Below are positions 39,898-53,566 of a stretch of DNA of 64,000 nt, in pieces; position 1 is the first letter of the stretch; the number at the start of each line of letters is the position of its first letter. The translations under genes and the position numbers were made by a program. Origin of the DNA: Octopus vulgaris. Taxonomy: Eukaryota. The notes beneath the pieces are model-generated. The model was not told the DNA's origin and ran no database searches. It saw only the letters and a program-made list of their open reading frames with translations. Location of the stretch: assembly GCA_951406725.2 (NCBI GenBank), contig OX597825.1, positions 70,680,001 to 70,744,000 on the forward strand, read 5' to 3'.

Positions 39898-42290
39898 TAA
39901 CTTTATCATTTACCATTTCTTTACCACTTATACCACCTACCACCCTTCAAACATATAATACTGAATGAATTAACCAGGCCCCTAACAACTATTGTACTCA
40001 TTTCCCACATCTCAAAAGTGGGTGAACATGGCCATTGACAATCCCATTCTCCTTGAATCTTTCTTCCTCTTTAATGTGCCAATTAAATTCATGTCTACTG
40101 ACATGCAGACAATGAACTGGTTCATTAAAATTGGCTGAAATTGTGCACTTTGTCACATGAAACATGGAGAATACTGAACAACACCACGAGTGAAAATGAA
40201 TTAACTTGATTTTCATGTCTCAAATGCACAGAACCAAGTATACTTGGCTTCTGTGCAGTAAAGGTTAATGACCATCAGTGCAGCTTTTGTAAAGTTGTTT
40301 ATTCTGGACAAATACTTGTTTATGTCACTCAACAGTTAAGATTTCATTCTCAAAATCATTTGGTGGAATCAATGCTGCCCTCAACATCAGCAAGGCTTTC
40401 AAGTACGTCTAACACACGAATCTCCTGGCAAATCTCATATACCCATGGATTCTATCTATCATCCCATTGCTCATCTCATGAATTAGTGGCTTTCTGCGAA
40501 ATCACAACCTTGCTATTTGAGCTTATGGAACTCATTCAATCACTCACTCAATTTCTCTCTTCCTTCCTTCCTTTCTCTCTCTCTCTCTCTGACCTACGTT
40601 TTATCAACTCTGGTATCCCTTTGAACTTATGCAAATTTTATCTCCTCCAACTGCAAAACGACACAATCAGTGCACATACCAAGAAAACAGTATCGTACTC
40701 CACAACACACAACTAGAACCCTCACAGTCACTACAAATGCAAGGTCTCGCCTTCACTGAAAATCAACAGCCCTAGACCTCAATACTAACATCCCAACACA
40801 CACACTGTGATAGCACACAGGCATGGATGTGTTGCTAAGAAGCTCACATTCCAAAGACATGGTTTTGAGTTCGGTTTCAGTGTCTTTTAATATAGCCCCA
40901 GGTTGACTAATCCCTTGTGAGTATATTTGGTAGATGAAAACTATGAGGAAGCCTTGTCATGTATGTAGAAGTGTGTGTGTCTGTTAGTCCACCCTACCAT
41001 CACTACTGCTTGACAACCAGTGTTAATGTATTTACATCCCCATAACTTAGCAGTCCAACAAAATAAGATCAATAGAGTAAGTAACCAGACTTTAAAAACA
41101 ATAAAGCAAAAGCACTGGGCAGGGTGAAATGGGGAAGGGATGGGCGATCTATTCGGCAAAACCCCTTCAAGACAGGGCCCAAGCATGGCTGCAGTCCAAT
41201 GACAAAAACAAGTAAGAGACAACAGATAAAAGATAATAAACAAAAACACATCAACAAGTGAACAGCTGAAGTAAAAAAACAAAACAAAAAGAAACAAATA
41301 TAAACAAAAGAAAAATACAAAAAAAAAAAAAACTTAGCAAAACTTAGCAAGCAACAACATCCTTGCTTGTCGGTTTAATTGTAAAACACACACGTTCTCA
41401 TGGTATTTTCTTGTAATTTCAAAGTTTATGCAAATAAGATGGTATCATCTCTCAGACACCTCTACTGCAAACGATAGCTGCAGAAACGGTTAGATAACAT
41501 CTGTTGAGTTGATAACAGCGGCAGATATACAAGCAATATTTGTCTAAGACTGTTTTCATTCATAATTACTTCCAAGTATGCCCTGATATGTTTATAAAAA
41601 CATATGGGAAGGGAACGTGGAGGATATATTTCGTAAACCATGGGGTCACGAGGGCAAAACGGTATGGCTAGGAGTGTCTTTGGGGCATGTCTGTCCCTAC
41701 TGAAACTATAAACCGTCATACCAAAGTGGGTGCTTCTACATGTTTAGACGACCTGCTATAAATAGCAACTAAGTCTTCCTCCAGCCACAACCTACCAACT
41801 GCAAAGAAACGCAATCACTGCACATACCAAGAAAACATTATCGCACTCCACTCGCTTTGATGTGAACAACACACAACTAGAACCCTCACAGTCATTACAA
41901 ATGCATGGTCTAACCTTCACTGAAAATCAACAGCCCTAGACCCCAATACTAACATCCTAACACACACACACACACACTGTAATAGCACACAGGCATGGAT
42001 GTGTTGCTAAGAAGCTCACTTTCCAAAGACATGGTTTTGAGTTCAATTCTAGTGTCTTTTATTATAGCCCCAGGTTGACTTAATCCCTTGGGAGTAAATT
42101 TGGTAGATGGAAACTATGAGGAAGCCTGTCATGCATGTAGAAGTATGGCTGTGTGGTTAAGAAGTTTGATTTGCAACCACGTGGTTTCAGGTTCAGTCCC
42201 TGTGCCGACAAATGCTTCATGAGTAAATTTGGTAGACAGAAACTCTCTCTCTCTCTCCATCTATCTAACTATGTGAAACACAGCTAGATA

Positions 42291-42349
<59 letters not shown>

Positions 42350-42939
42350 ATAGCACATCTCACTTTCACCACTTAACAACCGCTGTTGCTTTGTTTACAT
42401 CCCCATAACTTAGCAGTTCAGCAACTGAGACTGATAGGATAAGTACCAGTCTTAACAAAAAAAATGTATCTGGGGTGATTTCTTTGACCAACACCTTTCA
42501 AGGCAGTGCCCCAGTATGGCCGTGGTTCAATGAATGAAACAAGTAAAAGATAAACGATTAGACAGTGTATTTTCAGATATGTAAAAAGACCTGATGGCCA
42601 TGGCTGGAATGGATGGAATGCCTTAGGTGGGGGTCAACCAATGTTGACCTGAGGTCAACAACATGACATTCAACAATGATACTCAAGTTCTTAGTAAATG
42701 GTAACTACATATCACCAAGGAACCAGCAGACTATGATCAAAGATCTTCCAGTCATAACCATCGCATCTTTTATTCATCCAGTGTACGAAGGAGTATATTA
42801 ATCAAGGGAAATTTGGCTGTTATTTCTAACAGATCAAGCAACCACAGAAGGGTGCATCTGGACAGGCACAGTCTGGGACACTCCAGATATGCCCACTAAT
42901 AAAACAACATTATGACCACACTGTTGATCCCACAGCTCA

Positions 42940-43435
42940 GCTCAATGTAGCCTTCTTTTTTTATGACAGGAGGATGTGATTTAAGAGAGATTTGGCTGTT
43001 ATTTCTAACAAATCAAGCAAACATAGAGGGTCACTTTGTTCAATGCAGCCTTCTATTAAGACAGCAGGGTTTGATTTGAAGGATATTTAACTGCTATTTC
43101 AAACAGGTTGAGCAAAATACATTGAGGATCCCTTGGTCCAATGTGGTCTTCCATTTTTATGACAAGAGAATGTGATTTGGGAGAGATTTGGCTGCTATTT
43201 CCAACTCTTCAAGTAACCACACTGAAGGTCCCTTGGTTCAACGTGGCCTTCTTTTTTTTATGACAGGAGGGTGTGATTTGAGAGAGATCTGGCTACTATT
43301 TTTAAAAGATCAAGCAACCGCAATAAAGCTCTGCTATTTGGCATGGCACGGACTTCGCTTTTCAGCTCAGAAGGGCATGATTCAAGGGAGATTAGATTTT
43401 ATAAATATCAGCAGGTCAAGAGACCACTTAGAAGT
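42940..43435. repeat. ~95-bp degenerate tandem repeat, about 5 units
   Basis: Recurring TTATGACAGGAGG.TGTGATTTGAGAGAGATTTGGCTGCTATTT...TCAAGCAACC. Confidence 0.75.
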
Positions 43436-44124
43436 TCTGTAGCAGACTGAAGAGCATTTGCCGTTTTTGGCCGTGGAAAACTAACACAGGGCAGTACTGC
43501 CGAAAGAATATGAACAGCAAAAAAATTCTTTGACCAACCAAACCTGACTCATCCAACCAACTGTTTTAGTCGCAAAACATACCAGTTTTCAGATATAATC
43601 AACAGAGGAACTATTACAATTATCACCACCATCACCACTACCATTACCATTATCATCATCATCTTCAAAGATAGATATCATATTTGACTCTATGCTGTTT
43701 AGTTTCTAGTCATGCATTCTCAACAACACCTCACTTGGCCTCAAACTACTTCAACAGTCACTCGATCTCCTGAAATTAGCAGTGAGCTGTTCATTAGTGA
43801 CTAATGATATGTAATTTATAAAGGAAACGGAATGAAATATTAAGAAAAAAAATTGGAGAAATTTTTTTTTTTTATTTATTTAATGTCATTTCAAAAAAGA
43901 GGAATGATAAAAACTTTGATGGAGAAAAAAATAATAATTAAAGAATTAGATATATAGGTACTTTTTTTGGTTTTTTTGTCTTTATATCTTTTATTTGTTT
44001 AAGTCTTTGGCCAGTGACCATGCTGGAGCTCTGCTTTGAATGATTTTCAACCAAACAAACCAACCCCAGTACTCTTTATTTCAAGCATGGTATTTACTCT
44101 GTAGATCGCTTTTTGCAAAGTTAT

Positions 44125-44770
44125 TCTCATGCTCTGCTGGATGGGTAATGTCAGTATGCATGCATGACAGAGTGAAAATGATTTAAGAGGAAAACTGGGT
44201 ATAAGGAGCATGAGATGTTGTGTGCAAGAGAGAAGATTGCACTGGTTTGGTCATGCGATATGTATGAATAAGGACAGCTGTGTAAGGAAGTGCCAATCTC
44301 TAACCGTGAAGGGTACCTGTGGAAGGGGTAGACCCAGGAGGATGTTGGATGATGTGGTGAGAAAGAATCTTCAGGAGCTGGGCCTCACTGAGGAAATCAC
44401 AATAGACTGGAAGTTGCAGCGATTTGTGGTGCATGAGAAGACACATCAAGTGAAGTAAAATCACCATCATCCATACATACAGGCTGGTCCTTCAGAGGTG
44501 CCAGTACCACATGAAATGCACTCATGGTGATGCTGTGAAAATGCACCCATGCCAGTGGCATGTAAAAAGGACCCAACACACTCTGCAAAGCAGTTGGCAT
44601 CAGGAAGGGCATCCAGCTGTAGAAATCATGCCACAACAGACAACTGGAGTTTGGACAGCTCCCCAGCTGGTCAGCTCCCCAGCTGGTCAGCTCCCCAGCT
44701 GGTCAGCTCCCCAGCTGGTCAGCTCCCCAGCTGGTCAGCTCCCCAGCTGGTCAGCTCCTGTCAAACCATT
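44125..44770 (+). mobile_element. Degenerate RTE LINE 3' fragment with internal 16-bp tandem repeat
   Basis: VQERRLHWFGH...GRGRPRR; (CAGCTCCCCAGCTGGT) x6 at 44656-44758. Confidence 0.85.
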
Positions 44771-45029
44771 GAGTTTGAATCCAAGACCATGTTGTATGTT
44801 GTGTTCTTCATGTTGCTCCAGTTCACTCAGCTATAGAAATGAGTTGTGAGGTCACTGGCACCAAGCTATATCAGCCTTTGCCTTTCCTTTGGATAACATT
44901 GGTGGCATGAAGAGGGGAGGCTGGTATGGATGGACAACAACTGATCTACAATAAACCACATTGCCCAGACTTGTGCCTCGGAAGGTAACTTTCTAGGTGC
45001 AATCCCATGGTCATTCATGACTGTTCTAT

Positions 45030-45192
45030 ATTTAAGAGATGAGGAATTATTTACATTATTTACATTTGACAGATATTTGTCCTCATCTTGTTTGTTGTTA
45101 ACACAACATTTCGGCTGATATACCCTCCAGCCTTCATCAGGTGTCTTGGGGAAATTTTGAACCTGGGTTCTCATTCCTAAGGTATTTTTCGA

Positions 45193-45193
<1 letters not shown>
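45030..45193 (-). mobile_element. Short Penelope-like element with minimal hammerhead motif
   Basis: Minus strand GACAC-CTGATGA-A-GGCTG-loop-CAGCC-GAAAT-GTT-GTGTT at 45100-45145. Confidence 0.7.
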
Positions 45194-45243
<50 letters not shown>

Positions 45244-45362
45244 CATTATTATTATCATTATAATTATTATTATTCAGGTATATGGCGTTGTGGTTAAGAG
45301 CACGGGCTATTAACCCCAAGATTTCAAGTTCAATTCCAGGCAGTGACCTGAAAAATAATAAT

Positions 45363-45396
<34 letters not shown>

Positions 45397-45592
45397 GTTT
45401 AATGTCTGTTTTACATGCTAGCATGGGTTGGCCAATTTGACTGAGGACTGGCAAACCAGATGGCTGCACCAGGCTCCAATCTTGATCTAGCAGAGTTTCT
45501 ACAGTTGGATGCCCTTCCTAACGCCAACTACTCCGAGAGTGTAGTGGGTGCTTTTACATGCCACTGGCACGAGGGCCAGTCAGGCAGTACTG

Positions 45593-46116
<524 letters not shown>

Positions 46117-47888
46117 ATATATATAAATACACTGTGTTTGAAATAGAAGATTATAGTCATAGCTAGAACACATTTGATCAGATGTCTGCCAGATCAGCAC
46201 TAATCTGGGAATAAACAAGGATGCAACATGATTTGGTGTAAATATTATGCTGTTGCAATTTTGTCCTAGGTCAGCCATGATCAAGTAACCTTTTGATCAA
46301 AGGCATTCCTTCATCCCATCTTTTGTGTATCTGGGCCTAAATTACTCAATGTGTCCTTTTATTTTTTCAGGATGATAAAGATAAGGTTTTTTGACAGGTG
46401 GCCGCATGGTAAAAAAAACCTTCCCAACCACATGGTTCCAGGTTCAGTCCCACTGTGAGGCACCTTGAGTAAGTGTCTTCTACTTCAGCCTCAGGCCAAC
46501 CAAAGCCTTATGAGTGGATTTGGGAGACAGAAACTGAAAGAAACCCATTGTGAGTGTATGCATCTTTGGACTCCCATCACCGCTTGACAACCAGTGTTGG
46601 TGTGTTTACACCCCTTCCCCTCATAACTTGGCAGTTCAGCATAAAATGACCGACAGAATAAGTAGTAGGCTTTAAAAAAAATAAATCCTGAGATCAATTT
46701 GGCTAAAATCCACCAAGGTGGTGCTCCAGCATGGCCACAGTCAAATGACTGAAATGAGTAAAAGAGAGAAAAGAAATACCTAGCAGGTTGAGTAGGCCCC
46801 TCTATTGGCTTATGTGTAAAAGCGGCTATAGTTGTTTAACTCTAGGCTGACCCATGATCAAAGAATTTCCAAATATGACCACCTAACTGTATTTCAGGCA
46901 TTGTACCTAGCATTACGTTCCTAGTGTTCTCTGGTTTTTTTTTATGACGACATGGTATAATCTGAGGGAGATTTGCCTGCTATTTCTAGCCGGTCTAATA
47001 ACCTAATGACCATACAGCTGTTTTCTCATTGGCCAGAGCCTAAGTGTTGTTATTATGGTTCCTGCAACAGCACTCCTTTCTTCCTAGATGGGCGTTGTTC
47101 CACAGGAAGTTCTTAACTCAACACTGCGACAGTAAAGCGCCTCTTATTGATGCAATGCCTCTGCCTCTGCCTTTCTCTCTCTCCTCCCATGTTTTAGTCT
47201 GATCTCAGGAGTGACATTGTTAAAGTTTGAACCATTTCTGGTAACATCCGACAGAATTAACAAAAAAAAAAAAAAAAAAAAAAAGAAAGTGGCACCAAGC
47301 TGCTGGACTCATGTTTTGAGTGCTTAGAGAGTTGAAAGTGGTAAATATCAGGTTTACATAAATCTGGAATCTCTATTTAAGTTTGTAAACCATCATCACC
47401 ATCATCATCATCATCATCATCGTCATCTTTAATGTCCACTTTTCCATTCTTGCATGGGTTGGATGGGATTTGTTGGAGTGAATTTTCCATGGCTAGGTGC
47501 CCTTCCTTGTTGCCAACCGTCATCTGCTTCCAAGAAAGGACTTATATTCCCCCACCACACACACACACACACACACACACTCACTCATGACCAGACATGT
47601 TTTCATGGAAGATTGGAAATTCTGAAGGATACTTCTTGCATAGCAATGGAACTTATCATGAGAATCAAAGCAAGGAGACAGTAACACACACATGCATATG
47701 TGTGTGCGTTACTCTGTGTGTGTGCACGTGCATTACTGTGTGTGTGTGTGCCTTACTCTGTGTGTGAGTGTGCGGTACTCTGTGTGTGAGTGTGCGGTAC
47801 TCTGTGTGTGAGTGTGTGTGTGCATTACTGTGTGTGCGTTACTCTGTGTATGTGATACTCTGTGTGTGTGTGTGTGTGTGTGTTACTC

Positions 47889-47919
<31 letters not shown>

Positions 47920-48408
47920 AGTACTCTGTGTATGTGTGTGTGTGTGTATCTTTTGTCTTTTACATGTTTCAGTCATAGACTGTGGCCAGGCTGGAGTATT
48001 GGCTTCAAAAATTTTTAGTCACATGAATCTACCCTAGTGCTTATTCTTTTCTCTCTAAGCCTGGCGCTTATTCTATCAGCCTCTTTTGCCAAACTGCTAA
48101 GTTATGGGGATATAAACACATAAGCACTGTGTAGGATACCCCCACCCCATGCATAGACACACATATACTGTATATACACAACAGGCTTCTTTCAGTTTCC
48201 ATCTGCCATATCCACTCACATGGCTTTGGTCAGCCTGAGGCTATAGTAGTAGACACTTGTCCCAGGTGCTATGCAGTGGGATACATATCATCATCATCAT
48301 CATCATCACCATTTAATGTCCGCTTTCCATGCTGGCATGGGTTGGACGGTTTCGCTGACGACTGGCGAGCCAGATGGCTGCACCAGGCTCATATATGTGT
48401 GTGTGTGC

Positions 48409-48454
<46 letters not shown>

Positions 48455-49284
48455 TGTTCTAACAACAGGTTGTTATTAGTATCACTATGCCTAAGCAAAA
48501 TCTTACACACCACACACAGGATTTCTTTCAGTTTCCATCTACCAAATCCACTCTGAAGGTTTTGGTCGGCCCAAGGCTATAGTAGAAAACACTTGCCCAA
48601 GGTGCCACACAGAGGGACTGAACCTAAAACCATGTGATTGGAAAACAGATGTCTTACTATGCAGCCACAACTACAGCTAATATAAAATTCGTCTCAAATT
48701 TAATTCTAGGCCAAAGCTATTTTTACAATCTTGGCACAACGCCTTATATTTTGCTACACTGAGATTGTATCATTAATATTTATCTTGATTTTTAAAAAAA
48801 TATTCTTAAAGTGAAAAGAATACATTAGAAGCTTGCTGCACAGACATAACTGCATGGTAAGGAGCTTGTTTGCTGACCGTGTGATCGTGTGTTCAGTCCC
48901 ACTGTGTGGCATGCTGAGCGTCTTCCATTATACCTACAGTCTGATCACAGCATTGTGAATGGATGTGGCAGACGGAAAGAAAAAGAAGCCTGTCATACAA
49001 ACATATACATATATATACATATATATTATATGTACATCATCATCATCATTTAACATCCGTTGTTTATGCTGGCATGGGTTGGGCGGTTTGAAGGGGCTGG
49101 CACTCCGGAAGGCTGTGCCAGGCACTAGTCTGGTTAGGCTTGGTTTTCTACAGCTAGATGCCCTTCCTAATGCCAACCACTCTGAGAGTGTAAAGGGGTG
49201 CTTTTACATGGCACCAGCACGGGTGCCATTTGCATAACACTGGTATGCGCTTACTGACCACTTTTTGTGACACCAGTATATATG

Positions 49285-49332
<48 letters not shown>

Positions 49333-49336
49333 TGTA

Positions 49337-49380
<44 letters not shown>

Positions 49381-49381
49381 C

Positions 49382-49412
<31 letters not shown>

Positions 49413-49452
49413 CACATACATATATGGATATATATATACACACATACATATA

Positions 49453-49541
<89 letters not shown>

Positions 49542-49654
49542 GTATATATATATACATATACACACAGACACACACATACACACATACTTATACATAAATA
49601 TAAATTAGAAATGGAAACCAAAATAATAAATTGAACAATTAAATAGTTTAATCA

Positions 49655-50028
49655 TCTCTCTCTATATAAACGGCAGTTTGTCTGTGCGTGTTTCTGTGTG
49701 TCCGTTTGCTTGTACCCTCACCCTGACCACGGCTTTCAACCGATTCTGATGAAACTTGACACACACATAGCCCAATGTCATAATTCAAAACTAACGCAGC
49801 AAAAATTTTGAAAAGTTCCCCCAGTTCTGAAAAAAATCGATAAATTCGACATGGGGTCGAGAATCAGGAACACAAACCACAAACTGTGTAGGGGACGCAA
49901 CTCCACCTTTTTTAACTATCAAAAAAAAATTTACCATAATTTTTTTCCATTTTTTTCCTATAACTCTCTAAAAATGCTTTATAGTTATTTCCCTTACAAA
50001 CCTGAGCAATGCCGGGCGATACTGCTAG
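49655..50028 (+). mobile_element. Non-autonomous Helitron
   Basis: A|TC start; 3' end CCTGAGCAATGCCGGGCGATACTGCTAG|T, nearly the same terminus as the 2576 element. Confidence 0.82.
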
Positions 50029-50924
50029 TTAAATAATAAATTCAATTCAATTCTATTATTTTATACAAGCAAATGACACATCTAGCATAGATAGCAGGAA
50101 GAGAGTTACATCTGGAAAGATAATGTCCGAAACACCCAGAGTTGCCTGCCAAATAAGTCATCGTCTGGCAACTGTTCCATAGGAGGAAGGACGACTGTGG
50201 GGAATCCTTCCAAAACCCATTGTCAAGACTCTGAAGAAGGATAGTGGTGTCATGTTTGATGCACTTAGGACAATGGGGATGACGGAATGGGGCCCGATGA
50301 TGAGTGCGTCTAGGTGGTGCCCAGCGTTAAGTGCAAGGTTGTAGTTGAAAGTGATGATGACAAACATGTAACCAGAGCACTTGACACTCAGGAAAAGAAT
50401 GCAGTAAACATGGGCGGTAGCAGAGGCTGGTGGTGGTGGTGGTGATGATGGTGGTGGTGGTGGTGATGATGGTGGTGGTGGTGGTGGTGGTGGTGGTGAT
50501 GATGGTAGTGGCAGTGGTGGTAATGAGGGTGGGCTGGTGGTGGTGGTGGTGTTGGTGGTGGTGGTGGTGGTGGTAATGGTGGTGGTGGCGGCAGTGGTGG
50601 TGATGGCAGTGATGAAGGACATAGGAGAAGAGAGAATTGGGAGGCTGGAGAAGATGGGGAAGAGGAGCAGGAGGAGAGGAAGAAGGGAAGATAAGGGTGG
50701 GGTGTGATCGGGTGGGGGTTAAGGCAGAGGGGAGGACGCCAAGGACACATGGAGATAAAGAGGAGGATTAGGGCATCAGGCAAAATGCGAAAAATAGAAA
50801 AAGAGGAAGTATACTTAGTAAAACCCCTTTACATTCTGAGTTCAAATACCATTGAATCAACCTTACATTTCATCATTCAGTGTGTTAGACATGTTAGATA
50901 TGAAGAGATAGCATCAATACACAG

Positions 50925-50950
50925 GCCATATGTATGTGTGTGCATGCATG

Positions 50951-51012
<62 letters not shown>

Positions 51013-51054
51013 TATATACGTACATACATGTGTGTATATATATATATGTGTGTG

Positions 51055-51101
<47 letters not shown>

Positions 51102-51126
51102 GCATATATACGTACATACATGTGTG

Positions 51127-51171
<45 letters not shown>

Positions 51172-51196
51172 GCATATATACGTACATACATGTGTG

Positions 51197-51236
<40 letters not shown>

Positions 51237-51425
51237 TATATACGTACATACATGTGTGTATATATATATATGTATATATATATATATACATGCATATATA
51301 CGTACATACATGTGTGTGTATATATATATATATATATATACACATACATATACATACATATATATATATACATATACATACATATATATACATATATATA
51401 CATGTATATATATGTATGTATGTAT
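50925..51425. repeat. Higher-order (TA)n/TACG/CATG microsatellite array
   Basis: Repeating TGCATATATACGTACATACATGTGTG unit separated by (TA)n. Confidence 0.9.
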
Positions 51426-51644
51426 CAAAGCATATTTGTATATTATGTATACATGTTGGTTGATGGGTTGGCACTGTTATATAAGAATAAGCAAGAAAAA
51501 TTTTAAGACTTCGAGAGAGGAAACGGATGGTTGTGGCTTTCTTGATTCTCCTGGGAGGGTAAACAAATTTCAACTCAGAATCGCAGTTGGGTTACAAAAT
51601 GAAACTGACAAGAATTTCCAAGCAGACCCAGCACACGCATGCGC

Positions 51645-51675
<31 letters not shown>

Positions 51676-52023
51676 TGCACGCACACACGCACACACACAC
51701 ACACACACACACACTATGGCTACAAAAAAAGTTGGTGGGAATTTCCCAAACTCAGGAACAATGAGGAAGAAACAGAGAACTAAAACGATTAAGATTTTTC
51801 AGATTAAAAAATTAAAGGTCGTTATCTTGATTCATCTAAATTGTCAGTAGTAAGCTACATATAACAACAACAACAGCAACAACATTAATCCTTTCTACTG
51901 TAGGAACAAGGCCTGACATTTGGGGCGAGAGGGTGCAAGTTGATTACATTGACACCCCACCTCTCCCAGTGCTCGAATGGTACTTATTTTATAAACCCCA
52001 AAAGGATAAATGGTTAAGTCTAC

Positions 52024-52251
52024 GGCGAGCTGGCAGAAACGTTAGCACGCCGGCCGAAATGCTTTGTGGTATTTCGTCTGCCGTTACGTTGTGAGTTCAA
52101 ATTCCGCCGAGGTCGACTTTGCCTTTCATCCTTTCGGGGTCAATAAATTAAGTACCACTTACGCACTGGGGTCGATGTAATCGACTTAATACCTATGTCT
52201 GTCCTTGTTTGTCCCCTCTATGTTTAGCCCCTTATGGGTTATAAAGAAATA
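52024..52251 (+). mobile_element. SINE family B with 12-bp TSD, nested in an older antisense SINE
   Basis: TSD GGTTAAGTCTAC at 52012-52023 and 52252-52263. Confidence 0.92.
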
Positions 52252-52360
52252 GGTTAAGTCTACCTCAGAAGAATTTTAATTCAGCACTAGAAGAGCCAAA
52301 AGAAGTAGTGGGGGAGCATCATAGCCATGTGTTGAGAGGAATTCTGTTCAACATCCTTAA

Positions 52361-52580
52361 CCCTTTGGTGTTTAAACCGGCAGTATCTGGCCAAAATATT
52401 CTACACGTTTTATGCTCAAACTGGCCAGAGCCAGCATCTCACACCTACCCTGCAATGTCATTCTAAAAATAAGAAATTACATCTTTCCTGCCTTGAAGCT
52501 ACAAAATAATATCAGATAAAATTTTTTAAATGTGAACAAATAAGGATTATTTTTGCCAAATTAATATGAATGCTAAAGGG
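52361..52580. mobile_element. piggyBac-like MITE inserted at TTAA inside a family D repeat
   Basis: TTAA|CCCTTT...AAAGGG|TTAA; the empty site CATCCTTAAACAA is seen in other family D copies. Confidence 0.85.
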
Positions 52581-52844
52581 TTAAACAACCCTTATTCAGG
52601 GACCTTTTGAGCAGGATGAGCTACTTGACCAGAAGAAAATTCTAACTGGGCCCCCACCTGCAAGGTCATGTGCTGTTTATCTTGATATGAGATCACCGTG
52701 TCGCAGACATATGGTTGTGATGCTTGTGCCTGGTGTACCCTTATCAGACAGGTAGACACGATGGGTATACTGGACTTTGTATATTTTACTCCAGTGTCAC
52801 TTTGATGGCATGCACTGCTCTCTCACTCAATGATGATGATGGTG

Positions 52845-52897
<53 letters not shown>

Positions 52898-53162
52898 CCT
52901 TTCTACTATAGTCACAAGGTCAGAAACTGGGTGGTGGGGACTAGTCAATTACATCAACCCCAGTGTGTAACTGGTACTTACTTCATCAACCCCAAAAGGA
53001 TGAAAGGCAAAGTTGACCTCGACAGAATTTGAACTCAGAACATAGTGACAGATGAAATACCACTCAGTATTTCCTGTCCCTTTTTTTTTTTTGTCTTTTA
53101 AACGGATGAAATGCCGCTAAGCAATTTGTACAACACATAAATGATTCTGCCAGCTCACCACC

Positions 53163-53219
<57 letters not shown>

Positions 53220-53533
53220 GTCAGGATATAGCTACTCCAAAATCCCCTGTCTCACATAGTTTCCTGTGAACACACAGACACACACACACACACATGCATG
53301 CATGCATGCGTGCATACACAGAGGATCTCTATTCTACACATTTTGACAATTAGTCAGTTTGTGATAACAATCCTCGAAACAGTCACTGCATTATAATTAG
53401 TCAGAGTAGAAGAGATAGGGGTAGCAGCCAGGCCAGCAGGTTATCTGGTCAGCCGTTTCCTAAGTGGCTAAAATTCTATCAGTCACCATTATCAAAATCA
53501 GACATTCTTCTCCAAAATTTCAGATAAGCTACT

Positions 53534-53566
<33 letters not shown>

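Noticed and set aside
39998-40216. ORF containing FKENGIVNG, resembling the Myo9 segment just before exon A
   Set aside because: No NNNSSRFGKFI upstream and no GT donor after the phase-2 Gly codon; probably chance
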